The notes under the pieces are model-generated. The model was not told the DNA's origin, made no database searches, and worked only from the letters and a program-made list of their open reading frames with translations. Positions 50,309 through 64,000 of a stretch of DNA of 64,000 bases are shown here, one piece after another. Each line of letters begins with the position of its first letter. The first letter of the stretch is position 1. The position numbers were made by a program, and so were the translations under genes. Source of the DNA: Epiperipatus broadwayi (taxonomy: Eukaryota; Animalia; Onychophora); NCBI GenBank assembly GCA_028023455.1, contig JAQFVV010000011.1, positions 620,001 through 684,000 on the forward strand, given 5' to 3'.

Positions 50309-51244
50309 AAATGATTTGCTTTTTGTACTCTGAGGAATTGAATATTTGACAATTGTTGTTATGAATTTGTTACATTTGTTATAGCAATAATATATGTTAT
50401 GAGATTATATTGAAATTTCTTCAATATAATTAGTATACTGATTCTAGTTAACTCTTTTTAAATTTTATCTTAGAACAGTGTGGTTTTCAACTACGGGAAT
50501 ATAAATTCTATTAGATATAAATCTTGATTCCTGTTGTAATAGGAAAAATGAAATATTAGTAGATTAATAAGTAACAGTGAACCATGTTTTGTAAAACTCA
50601 ATATATAAATTAGGCTTTGCCTTTGTGCCCTATCTGCCTGAATGAAAGTTTTCTCTTATTTAATATCATAAAATAGGTTCATGTTATTTAAATCTATTAA
50701 TTTTTAAAATGTGAAAACTTGATTTAACTTTAATTATATATCTATAAAAATTATTAATGAAAAATTTCTATGAACTTAGAAAGTGTAAGTAAAAAGTATG
50801 GGATCAGTTTGTATGGGGAAGTTTGTGAGCAGTTCATTTCATGTTTATAATATTATATGAAGTGATGTTGTTTTTTGATAATCAAACAATGTTAATTGTG
50901 CTTTCAGTCAAAAAACAATATAAATCAAGGGATTTTAAGAAAGTGCACATTATTAGAGGAATTATGAATCTTCTGAAATATTATTATATCAATTTTGTAT
51001 TTTACTATTTCTTTGTAAGTAATATTTACTAGGGCAATAAACCTAAAGCATATGCAGTTGAAAATGCGAAGGTAGGGACCTCTACAGGTCTTAACCACAA
51101 GCTTATGCATTGGAAGAAAAGAGAATTTTCACTTTTGATTTAGATATATATTAACTATGTTTAATTGAAATATTTCTTAGTTATATAGAAGATGATACAT
51201 AATATACAATTATTGTGTAATTTATAATTTGGAGTCTAATTAAC

Positions 51245-53240
51245 CGTAATTTCTACAAATGAAGTCTGATTTTATAATTAAGCCATTGATGTGTGTCATA
51301 AAGTGATCATCCAAGTGTTTTAAAAGGTTAAGCTCAACTTTATTCTATCGCTACATGGTTGGAGTCATCATTATCATATTTTTTGGTTAGCTACAATGTG
51401 GCACCACTAATGCATGGCTTGAAGGTATTTTATCTGAATAAATAGTGTTATAGTGTAATATAAAATTATTCTAGTTATAATTTAAATTACAATATACAAC
51501 TAAATTGATTATTGAAACTACAAAATTATTACACGTATTTTCTTTCTTTAATCCAGTTAAAATTTTATAATGACCTTAGATGATGATAATAATTATTTTG
51601 TAATTCTTGTGGTAATTAATGAATATAAAATTTAAATATCACCTTGGAACTTTGAATAAGTGCAATATAAGGTGTTTAATGTGAATATGTTTAAAGAGAT
51701 ATGGCATTCCATAATGTTAATAAACTAGGTAATTTTATTAGTGCATTCTATGAAATGATATTTTTATTTAGGACAGTCAAAGAAAATACTGATGCCAAGA
51801 GATAGATGTTTATTTAATATTCAGATTGATATGAAAATGTTTAGTGCTTATTTATTTATTTATATTATAATTGATTATTACATACTTGTTTATTTATCTT
51901 ACTTAAAGTATAAGTTTGTCTAACATTTACATTTAAGAATGGGTAATACTAATGATAATGTTTCAGTCAGGTCTGAAAGTATATAGTGTAAAATTCTTAT
52001 CAAATTTTGAAGATGCTTAGTAAAATGCATATTGATTCAGGTGCTAAATATAATGCCTCTCAAGTTGATTTTAAAAAATTAAATGATAAGTTTTATGCTT
52101 CTCTGGGTGATTTTAAAAATTTAAATGACAGGTTTGATGCTTCTCAAGTTGATTTAGATGCTAAATACAAAGCATTTGAAGATGACTTTGAAAAATTTAA
52201 AAATCAGAATAATTTAGAGTAAATTGTGAATAATCTAGAATAGATTCTGATATAAAATTAAATGAAATAAAGTCTAATCTTGAGGCTTATACAATTGATT
52301 CAGATATTAAATTTAATAAGTTAGAAGAGAAATTTATGGAAAGATCAATTAAAAAGTGAATCACAGATTAAATAATGTGAAATATAAATTTAATAAAATT
52401 TTTGATGAATTCAAAACTAATGTTGAATTTAAATTCAATGAAGTAAAGAAAAACAATAAAAATTTAAAGGAAAAAGTAAAAGTATATCAAAATAATTTTA
52501 AAATAGAACTAAAAAAAATAAATAAAGAACTAAAATAGAGTTAGAAAATGGGAAAAGAGAAAATCAAGAAATAAATAAACCAGAGTTAAAGGAAATTCAT
52601 CACTCTCAAACTAAATCTGGAGGAGAGATAAAAAGGTTACAGAAAGATATTAAAAAATATAAAAGCTGACTTGGCCAAATATATGAAAGCAATCCAAATA
52701 TATCCAAGGACTTGGAGAATTTTAAAAGAGAAATAGAACGTAAACAATAAAACTTCCTAGAAGTGCAGAAGAAATGTGTAGTGGAAGTAGTAGAGCAAAT
52801 AAATGATTAAATTCAAGAATTAAAACAAAAAATGGATGAACTGCAAATATTTATCCCATTTTCACTTTAATATTTAGTTGCTTAAGATATGAATTAAGTA
52901 CAATAAAATGCACTTTGCAATTTCATATCAATAATAATAATTTATGATTTTAAAGATTTAATATTTTAAGAATAGTTTTTACTATATTTCAATCCTATAT
53001 TCCTAAGATAACCTAAAATTGAATTTATATAATAGGAAAGCTTAGAACAAACTTGCTAGCTCAAATCTATGAATGTTATAGGATTTATTTATTATTGTAA
53101 CCTTGAGATGCTTCCTTAAAATATTTGTTTATTGAGACAGTCTGATAAAGTAACCATTCATGTGTTTTAAGGTTAAGCCCAGCCTTATTTTATCACTACA
53201 TGGTCAGAGTCGTCATTATCATATTTTTTGGTCAGTTACA
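51245..53240 (+). mobile_element. Short LTR-bounded element with a coiled-coil gag-like relic and no pol
   Basis: Diverged ~145-150-bp direct repeats (51245-51395; 53096-53240, TGTAAC...GTTACA) share gtgttttaa..ggttaagc...cattatcatattttt.ggt.ag.taca. PBS-like TGGCACCA follows the first. Heptad-rich ORF fragments at 52007-52850. Confidence 0.5.
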
Positions 53241-55938
53241 ATATATATATATATGTTATAGAATAATTATTGTAATAAAATTTTAATAAAAGTAATAAAG
53301 TGGAATAGTAATAACACATTTTATAACTAACTATAACAAGTCCTAGAATTGTTTTCAATTCATTTCTTAATCTAAGCATATGAATTTTTGTTAAATATAT
53401 TTTCTTACAAAACACAGAAAATGGATTTACATTGAGTTACATATATATTATAAAATGAGAAAAATACAAGAATCAATGAATAATGAAATATAGATTATGA
53501 ATTTTGATTAGTTATATTATTAATCATAACTCAATTATATATATATATATATATATTGTAATGGTATACTAACTACAATAAAAACTTATGGAATGATGGA
53601 GCATGTATACATATGGGAAACACAATCATCAACGCAGTGTGGAAACAAAGAGTACATGTTATTGTATTTTAACTATATTTAATTAAATAAATAAAATTCT
53701 TTTACATTTATGATGACTGAATTTGAATGAAGGCAAATAATAATATTAAGTAGAAACCCTGAATATAACTTTGATATCTCCAGTGAATATTCTCTAATGT
53801 GTCTGAATGTTTAATGTATTACTAATTCCATTTGGGCAACATGGCTAAATAATCACTTTCCCCCTTGCTTCCTGTAAATAAGCAATATCTAAATAAATCA
53901 TATCTCAGGGTTCAAAACATATGTTTATATATGTGTATGTGACTAACTAAGTGACAATAGATGAAAAAATAAAAACAAATGTAAATAAATAAAAATTTTA
54001 ATTAATTTTATTTACAGCTATGTAAAAAAGTAAAATCTTTTTATTATTTATTTTACAACTATTGAATGAATTTAGTTAATTAAAAGGTTAAAAAAAAAAA
54101 AAGATAAAAAGTAAAACTATCATATTATTTTTTATTATCCTCTTTTAGAATATTTTTTTTTATTGTCATACATTTTTACTTAAGAAACAGAACACATTTC
54201 CTTTCATTATTTAATCTGAAAAAGCTATGCTAAGATAATTATTATAAAATTCTCTTTCTTAAAATACAAATCTATTTTTTTAGAACTATTTAATTTCTTA
54301 TTTCCATAACAAAAATTTCTTAATACTGCTTTTTTTGTGTATGAAATAATATGAATGATTATGAGGTTGAATTATAGTTCTCAAATTATTATTTAAATGT
54401 ATACATTTTTTTTATTATATACAAAAAATTTAATTTAAAAAAATCCAAATACTCTTTTTCTAAAACATATTTTATAAAAGTGTCAAAGCTATTAATTCTT
54501 CCAACCTATTTTTATCTTTAAATTTTATTAATAAAAGTTTTTTAAAACTATCTTCTCTCACATACACATGTTCTTTCTCTCTATGTATAGAAAGAAATAT
54601 AAAATTATGTTTATAAGTGAAGAAATAAAATGAACAAATGAAATGAATGATTACAGAAAGTGTTTGTTTTAGTAGTAATTATATATTGAAAATGTTAGAA
54701 TATGGAATGTCTTTAGAAAAATTTAAACTTTCCAAATACATTCAATTTTTAGTAATAGCACACAAATTAGTATATAACACAATGTTTCGAGTGATATTGT
54801 TCTCCTCTCTTCTTTAGGTGTTGCTATCGAGACCAGTGATAATATTAGCATGAATGTGAAATGGTGATAATGTTACAAAATACTCAACAAAATATGAAAG
54901 TATTCAATTGCTTTGTATTTTAATATTATATATGAAATAATTTATTAATTTATAATATAATAGCAAAATTTTATATTTTACAGTAAAACTAGAATATTTT
55001 AAAAAATAAATACATCTTATTATCACTATTTAATAAAAACAACTATATTTTTGTCATTGGGTAGAATAATAAAGTTAAACTTGTTTTGTACACACACATA
55101 TATATATATATACTATTTAAGAGAATGATAAAAAATAGATATCCGTTAAAAAATATATTGAAGAAATTGAATAAATGTTAATATTACTAAGAATACTAAA
55201 TAAAAATTATAGAACGAATATGTTTTAAAAATTGGGGTCACTAATAACAATTAAAAAAAAAATGCAATCAAGGAAATAAAGCAGTTATTTAAATAAAATA
55301 TAATCATAACAAGAAAAATAATAGTAACAAAAATTAAGACCAATAAATTACTTTCAAGCAGTTTTCTAGTAGTATTTTATTCTTAGCTATCTTTGTTTTG
55401 TGTTAACGGATAATAAATCAATTTAACCTAACTTTTTTTACAGATCATCTTCACTTTATCACTTAATTTTTCAATGCTGTTAAAGTAGTAGCAGAAGAGA
55501 AAAGTAACACCCCCCCCTTTCTATTTAACAAAATGTTTATCTTATTAACATTTCAATTTAATATTTTTGTTTTTTAAAAAATTGCGTCTTGTAGCAGTTT
55601 TCATTCATTCTGTGTGAGTGCTGAAAATATAAGTCAGTCAGTGTAAACTTGAAAATAGATATTAAAATATTTATTACTAATGTGTTATAAATATTCCAAC
55701 GAATAATAGATTGAATATGAGTTAAACCAGACATCCTTTCTTGAAAAATAAACTGGTATTAACTTTTGTTAGGCTGCATATGATAACAGTATTAAAGATA
55801 GTTTAGAACTGTTATATACAATTTTCTCTCAAGTAGAAAATTAACGAAAATTGTATTTACTTTAAAAACTTACATTCGGACATAGAAAAAAAAAATGAAT
55901 TAAAGAAAAATAAAATGTATATTTATAAAATGTATATT

Positions 55939-56161
55939 TAATTATAGGGAATTTGAACACAGACTTTCAAGCTCTTTTTAGCTATCCACTCTACTTCATA
56001 CAAACGATACATATGAGCACACACACGTGAAAGAGATAGATGATCCCCAACAGATGTATTTCGCGCAGAACCAGCTCTCACATGTGTGTGGACATGTATA
56101 CCGGTTGTGTGAGATAGAGGGAATTTAGCTTGAAGATCTATATTCAAATCCCCTATAATTA
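55939..56161. mobile_element. Small MITE-like element with ~35-bp imperfect TIRs
   Basis: taattatagggaatttgaacacagactttcaagct versus the reverse complement of agcttgaagatctatattcaaatcccctataatta. A related single arm occurs at ~19733-19772. Confidence 0.55.
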
Positions 56162-59028
56162 CATCTAAACTCCAAGTATATATATAAGAAATGCTTGTAT
56201 TCAAATATTACAAAATGTATACTTGTAATTTTAATTAAATTTACTATTTTTTACTTTAATAAAATTTTAAAAATAACTTTTTTATGTTAGATTGGTTTCA
56301 ATTAAAAAATGTTATAATATATGTTATACAGTGAACGATTCCATTTATTTAAAAAAAAAAAAACATTTTTATCATATTAAAATAAGTGGAAATAAATAAA
56401 ACAAAATAAAAAATTTTGTCTTTATTTTTAATTATATATAATAAGGTTAAAATTTTGAATAAATAAATAATAATTTGATAAAATCGAAAGCACACCATTT
56501 AGATTTATTACTCATATAAATCTTGACAATTTACTGTAACATTTTCTTTTTTATTGGACTGTGAAAATTAATCATCATTAATATTCTATCACTAAGCAAT
56601 GTCTTATATAAATTTCAGATCAGTTTATTCAAGCCACTTCATTCATACTCTCATGTAAATATTTATTTGAAACTACTTAACAAATATATTATATCTAAGT
56701 GATTGTATTAATAAAGAATTATTACAACAATAATATTAAAAACATATCAAGTTAATCCATAATATTATTTCGCTAACAAGCTAAAATAACTAAAAGAAAT
56801 TTAATTTAGGTCAATAAATAACGTTCAAATAATTTTCTACTAATATTTTGCTTTATTTTATTTTTAGATTGTGTTAACAGCTAATAATTTAATAGTGGGT
56901 TTCTCCTTTTCAGAAACCAGTCAGATAGCGAAAAATGAAACTAATATACATTTGTGTCATTTTATATATAATTATTTATTAATACAAATTAACCAATAAC
57001 GAAAGGAGAGTGTTAGTATAATTACATAAATTATAGTTAATGACGACAAAAGCAAATTTTATGTTGTTTTATAGGGTCATAATTTCTTAATACTACGCTC
57101 GGAGTTGTAGTATGTTTCACTTTTTATTTACATTATAGTGACCTTAGAAATAGTTTATCCATTTATGGTTTCATTAACAGATGCTTATTCTGTCTGCAAT
57201 TCTACTATTGCACTTCACGCTAGATTGTGCTGGATTGTACAGAAGAACAACAACTAGGCTTTTTATAACAGTCAGTTTATCATGCACTATTACAAGTACA
57301 TAAAGATTGTAGCAGCACTCACTTTTATTTATTTCATGGAGTAAACAATATATAACATGTACATTAACTGAAGGGAAAAAAGTACCTTTTTAAGTTCATT
57401 ATCTCACAATGCCCAACATTGCAGTCCTTCTTCAACTGTGAAAATAAATGATCTATTCAACAAATATAATCTTTAAACTTAATTGGTGGTCATCATATTC
57501 TAAAAGTTTTAGGAATTTTTTTTATATTTTCAATTGTAGCATGAGTCAGTTTTACTTGTTGTTGTTCACACACAACTTTCTCCTTCTTATCTGTCTCTAG
57601 ATCAAGATCACCTTTAGCATCAGGTTAGGTTCATCCACATGCTCTCTATTCATCTTGTCTTTAGGCAATATATGATTCTCATAGTGATAGCTAAAGATGA
57701 TTAACATGTTTCTGAATTTCTTGCCATTTAGTAAATTCACAAGACATTTTTGCCTTGACAATATTTGTGTTATAATGTCAGGAATCCATTTATGTTTTAG
57801 CAAGTCATATATCCAAATTTTTTCACTCTGTAAGAATTTTGTAGCTTAGGGAATTTTACTACCCTTAGCACTGATGGGTAACATCTGAGACAAATGTGTA
57901 TGATAAGAGTAACATGTTAATAGCTCTTCTGAAGACTTCCCAGATGCTGTATAGGTCAAACACACTAAAGCTGATTGAATCTAGATGGAAGATCCAGGAT
58001 TTGACCAACATTCAACCCATTCCACCTTACTCCATAACTTAATACCCTATGAATGACATTTTCTAAGTTGCACATGAATTCAACTTAATCATTGGCCAGC
58101 AGTCGCAAAGGGTAAAACAAGAGACTCAGGGAGCAAGTGAATAAATTAATATCAATGCGCACACATGGCTAAGTGAACTAGCAGTATATTAATAGTTAAT
58201 CCCTAAGTTTAAAAAGAAATATTCATATATATATAATGATGTACACATAAGAAATATGGAGTTGAGTGTGAATTGGTTACAAGCAATAAAATAGAAACGA
58301 GTTGTATTTTAATAATACTTTAATAAATAAAATAAAAAAATCATCAATAAAACACACAATATTTTTATAATTAGTATGTGGGATATTACACATGCAGGAG
58401 TCACATAATTAATGAGATTGGTAATTACATATTTCTCTCATTATATATTTTTAATATAATAATTTGCAGTGATCATGTTCATGCCTTTTTAATATGCCAA
58501 ATCCTAGCTAGTTTGCAGTCTTCCAAATCACATGGAACATATGAGCCAAAGTTATATAAGTAAACATACAGTGCTTCTGTGGTGTCTGTCTATATAGAAT
58601 AGGTTATGAGTTGAGCACATAATTAGGCTCAAAGATTTGCAGATTAGCATGATAATGTAGATTAGGGTTCAGCTAAGCACTGAATAAACATTTAACATAA
58701 GGGAGAGAAAACTGGTATACATTAGGTCTACTGAAACACGCGATGGCACATATTAAAATATTAATCAAGTTAAAGGTGTGAGTGGGTCATTATTCATGGG
58801 CTTTAGCATAGAATGCTCAATACCCTAGGACTGAACGACTTGCTATGAATAGAACATTAATAGTTAAGGGAGTTGGATAAACTTTCATAACCATCTGGAC
58901 CCTTGTGTTCCAGTTCTAAAATAGTTGCTTTGCCTGAACTAGAAGTATGAGGGTGACCTCTACCAGCACTCACAAGAAAACCTACAGCAAGCAGTTAATG
59001 TACTATATGTACTTTGTAATGACACAAT

Positions 59029-59032
59029 CACA

Positions 59033-59071
<39 letters not shown>

Positions 59072-59092
59072 AATGTAGATGTGTTTACACAT

Positions 59093-59125
<33 letters not shown>

Positions 59126-59140
59126 AATGTAGATGTGTTT
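59029..59140. repeat. Duplicated (CA)n(TA)n-aaatgtagatgtgttt unit
   Basis: Two consecutive copies are visible. Confidence 0.85.
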
Positions 59141-60887
59141 AACTAACTTAACATGCCTTAAAAGAGGTAGTTTTTATTTGCATATCTATATAACCTAATT
59201 CTCAAGACTAGTATCTCGAACATACTACTTAGGGACTAAATTAATTAGTAACCCATATTAAAATATCAAACCTGCCTCTAATATAGTAATCTATGGAGGA
59301 GAAAGCATATTTTAAGGGCAATTAAATAAACATCATAAATATGCTTTAATAATATCCCTGTGGCTGGTTCCTGTGATGTATGAATTACAAATATAGAGAG
59401 TTATAATTCATAACTATAACTAAGTAAACTACAGCTTTATCTAGGATATAACTGATATAAATACTTGCAGTTTCAAGTTATTTGGCATATTAAAGTACAT
59501 ATAATGATAAAATCATGAAAGTAAATTAAAAGAGAATAAATAGGCATAAAAGACTAAAGTAATAGTTTAAATTAGATTATTAGAGTGTTTTACATTTTAA
59601 AAGAATGGGTTTCAAATTATAAGTTTTAATTTCAGACAAAATTGAGTTTACATTAATAAGCATTGGTCAGATTTATTTATAGAACTTAGAAAACAGACTT
59701 TTAAATATTGTTTATTATATAGCTAACTTAGGTAGATATTGCAAAATTAACAGTTTATATACAGAGCTCTGCAGTAATTATTAGAAACGTTACCAGTGGA
59801 TTCTTTGCAGCTTCTGGCACATGGATGATGATGATGGCACTATTCTTCTTTATGGGCAGCTAGATCTTCATATATATTTTTAACAATAGGAAGCTGATGG
59901 CTATGCTGGAATTTAGTCCATTGCAGCTGTAATGATTAACTGCAATCACAGGCTAAGTCCCTGCAAGAGATGTGGTGAGTTCACACATTTCTATCCCACC
60001 ATGTTAAAGATAAAAATGGGCCTAGATTCAGCTTGCACTTTTCACAAACAATATAGTATATATCTATTGTGTACAAAAATTGCTCTATTTGTACCATTTT
60101 TACTATTGAACATCTATTTGTTTATGAGTTTGTACACAACTAGAAAATCCCTGAAATCTAAGTCATTTAACACTTAAATTTCTAACCTTAACTTAATGTC
60201 ACTATTTAAATCACAGTTTATATTATTCTGCATTTTACAACCTAGCTAATTTCAAAAGAATATTAATTCTCAGAAATGTTATTGTCAATTTTAAGGCTAT
60301 TAAACCAAACTGACGCCAGATCAAGAAAGTGAAGGTGGTCTAATTTTAATTATTTACAATTTAACTAATAATTGAATTTATAATCAGTATAAAACTAATT
60401 CTGCCACCATATATGTAGAATCACTGTACCTAGAATATGGTCTCTATATATGCAATTCCAGCAAAATAAAGATAAAATAGATTAAAATTTTAAATTAAAT
60501 CACTTTTTTAAACTGCGCGACTTTTAAACGAACATATATCTGTAATATATACATCTGCCATCCAATTACAGGCTTATTACTCACATATATATGAGCGATC
60601 ACACATACATAGTCACTCCATTTTGTTTGTGTAGGTACTCTGAAAGGTTTTAAACCTGGTATAGGTATAGGTGTAAGGGTAAAATAAATGAAACAGGCAA
60701 GAAATCAAAATTGACTGTTTCAATGTTTACTATAAAAATTCTTCACAAGTCTGACTATCTAGAGCCATTTTAAGAAACTTGTAAATAATATTTTTTGTGA
60801 CAATGCAGTCTATTTATTTTTTATCTGATTTGTAAATATTGATTTGAGAAGATACTATTTGCAAAAATTTTAACTAGTAAAAGGTTG

Positions 60888-60892
<5 letters not shown>

Positions 60893-60953
<61 letters not shown>
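60893..60953. repeat. (AT)n microsatellite
   Basis: Directly visible. Confidence 0.97.
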
Positions 60954-60958
<5 letters not shown>

Positions 60959-63900
60959 GATCAACTTTAAACAAATTTGATAACAAACAAATTAAGATTA
61001 CTTGTAATTATCATATGACAAATTACTCTATAGCAACTTTTATTGGTCATCACTAAAAATATAATGCATTAATATATATATATTAATAAATAAATACAAA
61101 TTGTAAATCAAATCTATATAAATTATATTTTAAAATACATTTTTTAAAGTCTCCAATAATCTAATAATGATTATTTCCTATATAATTATATTGTACTTTT
61201 AACCATGTTGACATATTTATTTGACTATTTTAAATATGCATGTGGGTGTGCATGTTAGTCTACAAATAAAATATTACTCTTAATAGTTTTAGTCATACCA
61301 ACCAATAAATTCATATGTAACAACTTCATCAATTTGACATCACATTATTATAAACCTTTTTATTAATGATAAATTAGCCTAAGGCAGAATTAAAACCAAC
61401 TAAAAATTATTTAATTTGATGAGATGAGATGTCAAAATAAACAAGAGTTTGTAGCATGTGCTGATGTGATTTAAACTTTGTTAAGAATAATTTGCTTACA
61501 TTTTATTACCAGTTTAGCAAATTTGATTTATATATTAGTATCAGACAAAATATTGTAATTAATTTCATAGTTTTAATATATAAAAAAATAAAAGCTATTG
61601 TATAATTTCCATCTTAAGTAGCATTTATAGTTAGAATTTAAAAATGTCAAAACTTATTAATATTACTCAACATTAACTCTCCAATGTTAATGACCATTCT
61701 TTTATAATTCTTGTATATTTACACACTTATGTTGTTTATAAAATAAATTATCCATCATTTTTTATAAAATATACTTCTTGATTTTTATTTTCCTCAAATT
61801 ATTTTCCATATGCAAAATAAAAATAAGAAACAAAACTTTTTGCTAAATAACTGAATGTTTTGCAAACACAAGTTTAAATCTATATACAGATTAAAGTAGT
61901 TTTTTATACTTTAGTTCATATTAATAAATTCTTTTTTTAATGCATGTTTACTCTCACTAGTATATAACAAGAACCACTCTTGCTCATCAATTTATTTGAA
62001 TCATTATATTTGTTAATATTATCATTAACAACTCTTTTATTAATATTTAACATACTTATATTTGTTGAAACATTGAATGCAACACTAAAATTGAAGAAAC
62101 AACTGATTTAATGATACTACTCTTTGTACTTTTCTAATAGGGCAATGAAATCTATTTTTCTATTCAATATTATTCATTCTCATTCTTCATCGAAATATAA
62201 ATTGATATAATCTATTTAAAATGTTTCCTTTTATAACCTATGTTCATTAATACATTATTATATTTTTTAATGATGGATACTTGATTACTTAGAAATTAAC
62301 ATAACAGTTTATTTCTAAATAATTTGTATAATCTATTTAAAATGTTTTTTTTTTTATAACCTACATTTAGTAATACATTGATCATTTAGAAATTAATATA
62401 TTTTATTCCTAAATCAGCCAATTTGCGCATTATAGGAAACTCTAAATAGGAGTGTATAAATCCTCTCATTAATAAAAACTTTTATAAATATTTTATAATT
62501 GATCCTATTATTTTCTTTCCATAAATTTAAATTAAGATATTTTATACTGTATAAATTGTCCTCAGAAGTTTATTTCACACCAATAATTTCTTTTAATTTA
62601 GCTACAAGGTTTAACTATAATTAATGTTCATTATTAATATAAATAATGAAATATTTATTTTATGTACTTTATTAAGTGCAACACTTTATATATCACACGT
62701 ATAAAATAGCTAACATTTTGGGCAGATACAACAACTGAGATTGGAAAATTCATGAGCCAGTCTTCTTCTGTTTTATATATGTGATTCAAAAGCTGCTAAC
62801 AAAAACACACTTAAAACAATTATTAGTGAGCTTGTTATTTAAAAAAATGGTGCATATGAAAACAACAAGTGAAACTTTGTATATAAAATGATGTGCAAAT
62901 GAGTAGTGACAAGTTGTTTTGATTAATCAAAATATTTATAAAAAAGAATTCATGAGCATGGACTTCTCCATAAAAATATGTATTTTTCTATGGGCAGATT
63001 TAAATCTATATTTACGGAACATTAACTTATTTGCAATGAAAAGTTTTATTCTAATGATGTGTTTATTTTGCTGTGGAAAATAATTTTGGAAAAGAAAAAT
63101 TAAAGAAGTATGTTTTGTAAATATGATAAATAATTTATTTAATAAGCAATATAATTGTGTAATGTGCATAAATTATGAAAGGTTAATTATTCATGTTGTA
63201 ACATTAAAGTTTTTTGATATCAACAAACTTTTATTTTTTTATTTTTTAAAAAAAATTCTGACTGTAAATACTAATCAAAATGAAAATCATGTCATAATGT
63301 GGCCATAGTTCTTATTTATAATATATTGGTATATTGAAAATTGTAAAGTTATATTAAATTAGATATTTTCATGAATTTTTAATTTGATAAAGAATAGAAA
63401 TAAAAAGACTATATCCATGTAAACATAGGTAACTTTATTTGTTGATGTTGCTAGGAAACCAATTATTATTGACTATTCTAAGACTAAATAAATGTTCTCT
63501 ATAAACCTTTACAATAGTTCTTTTGTTTTGAATTTAAATGAAGTAAAAGAGAACCTCTTTTACTTCAAACTCAAATTTTTTTAAAAATTTAAACTCAAAA
63601 AGCTGTATATTTCAATATATATTGCAATCTATAATAATCTTGAGTAATCAATGATTTTCAGATGGTAGTGCACTTAAATCCCTATTACCAGATTGGCTCA
63701 TGGCATTTGCCTTTATCAATGAGACTTGGTATTTAAAGGCAGAGAAATAGAAACCATTTTAACTCCATTTTATATATAATCTAAAAGCCTGAAATTTAAA
63801 AGGTCTAAGATTTTAAATCTAAATCTACCTGCAAGAAATGTTATATAGATCTGACGATATAGTTTAGCAACCTGTTTTTTTGCTAACTGTAATTATTTCT

Positions 63901-64000
63901 CCACACCATTAACTAGATGTTAGTAATAGAAAATTATTTTATTTTTTAATTTACATATAGTAAATAAAAAAAGAGCAGTTTTCCACTTTATTATGATCTA

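Noticed and set aside
57185-57250. Hairpin containing TATTGCACTT (miR-92-like seed)
   Set aside because: The stem is poorly paired, the seed lies near the loop on the wrong arm, and the rest does not match miR-92 as I recall it.
57885-57925. CTGAAGA-stem-TCAAAC hammerhead-like motif
   Set aside because: Lacks GAAA, no stems I/III identified, and no PLE ORF adjacent.
57597-63308. Several 60-80-aa ORFs in the right end of the window
   Set aside because: AT-biased Ile/Leu/Phe/Lys/Asn-rich translations with no motifs; expected by chance.

Overview
Very AT-rich eukaryotic DNA, probably animal and possibly arthropod (inferred from the transposon spectrum and an insect-type tRNA-Gly match). No intact host protein-coding gene is recognisable, and there is no rRNA, functional tRNA or CRISPR array. 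The window is mostly decayed transposable elements. LTR elements: a Ty3/Gypsy on the minus strand (1-5975) whose integrase is split by a 1,890-bp TG..CA insertion with a 4-bp TSD, a second Gypsy relic (~39.8-42.4 kb, +), and a small LTR-bounded gag relic (51.2-53.2 kb). Non-LTR elements: two Penelope-like elements (RT + GIY-YIG), two tail-to-tail RTE-type LINE relics, and a short tRNA-Gly(TCC)-derived SINE (3 copies, 2 with clear TSDs). DNA transposons: a Merlin (IS1595/ISXO2-like) element with 24-bp TIRs, a hAT MITE, and several fold-back MITEs. Unexplained items: a gene-like relic block at 6.2-12.7 kb, a 2.2-kb CpG-rich block bounded by 22-bp direct repeats, a TSD-flanked hairpin element whose sister copy lacks one arm, and several orphan exon-like islands. 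Motif assignments are by eye; no database search was run.
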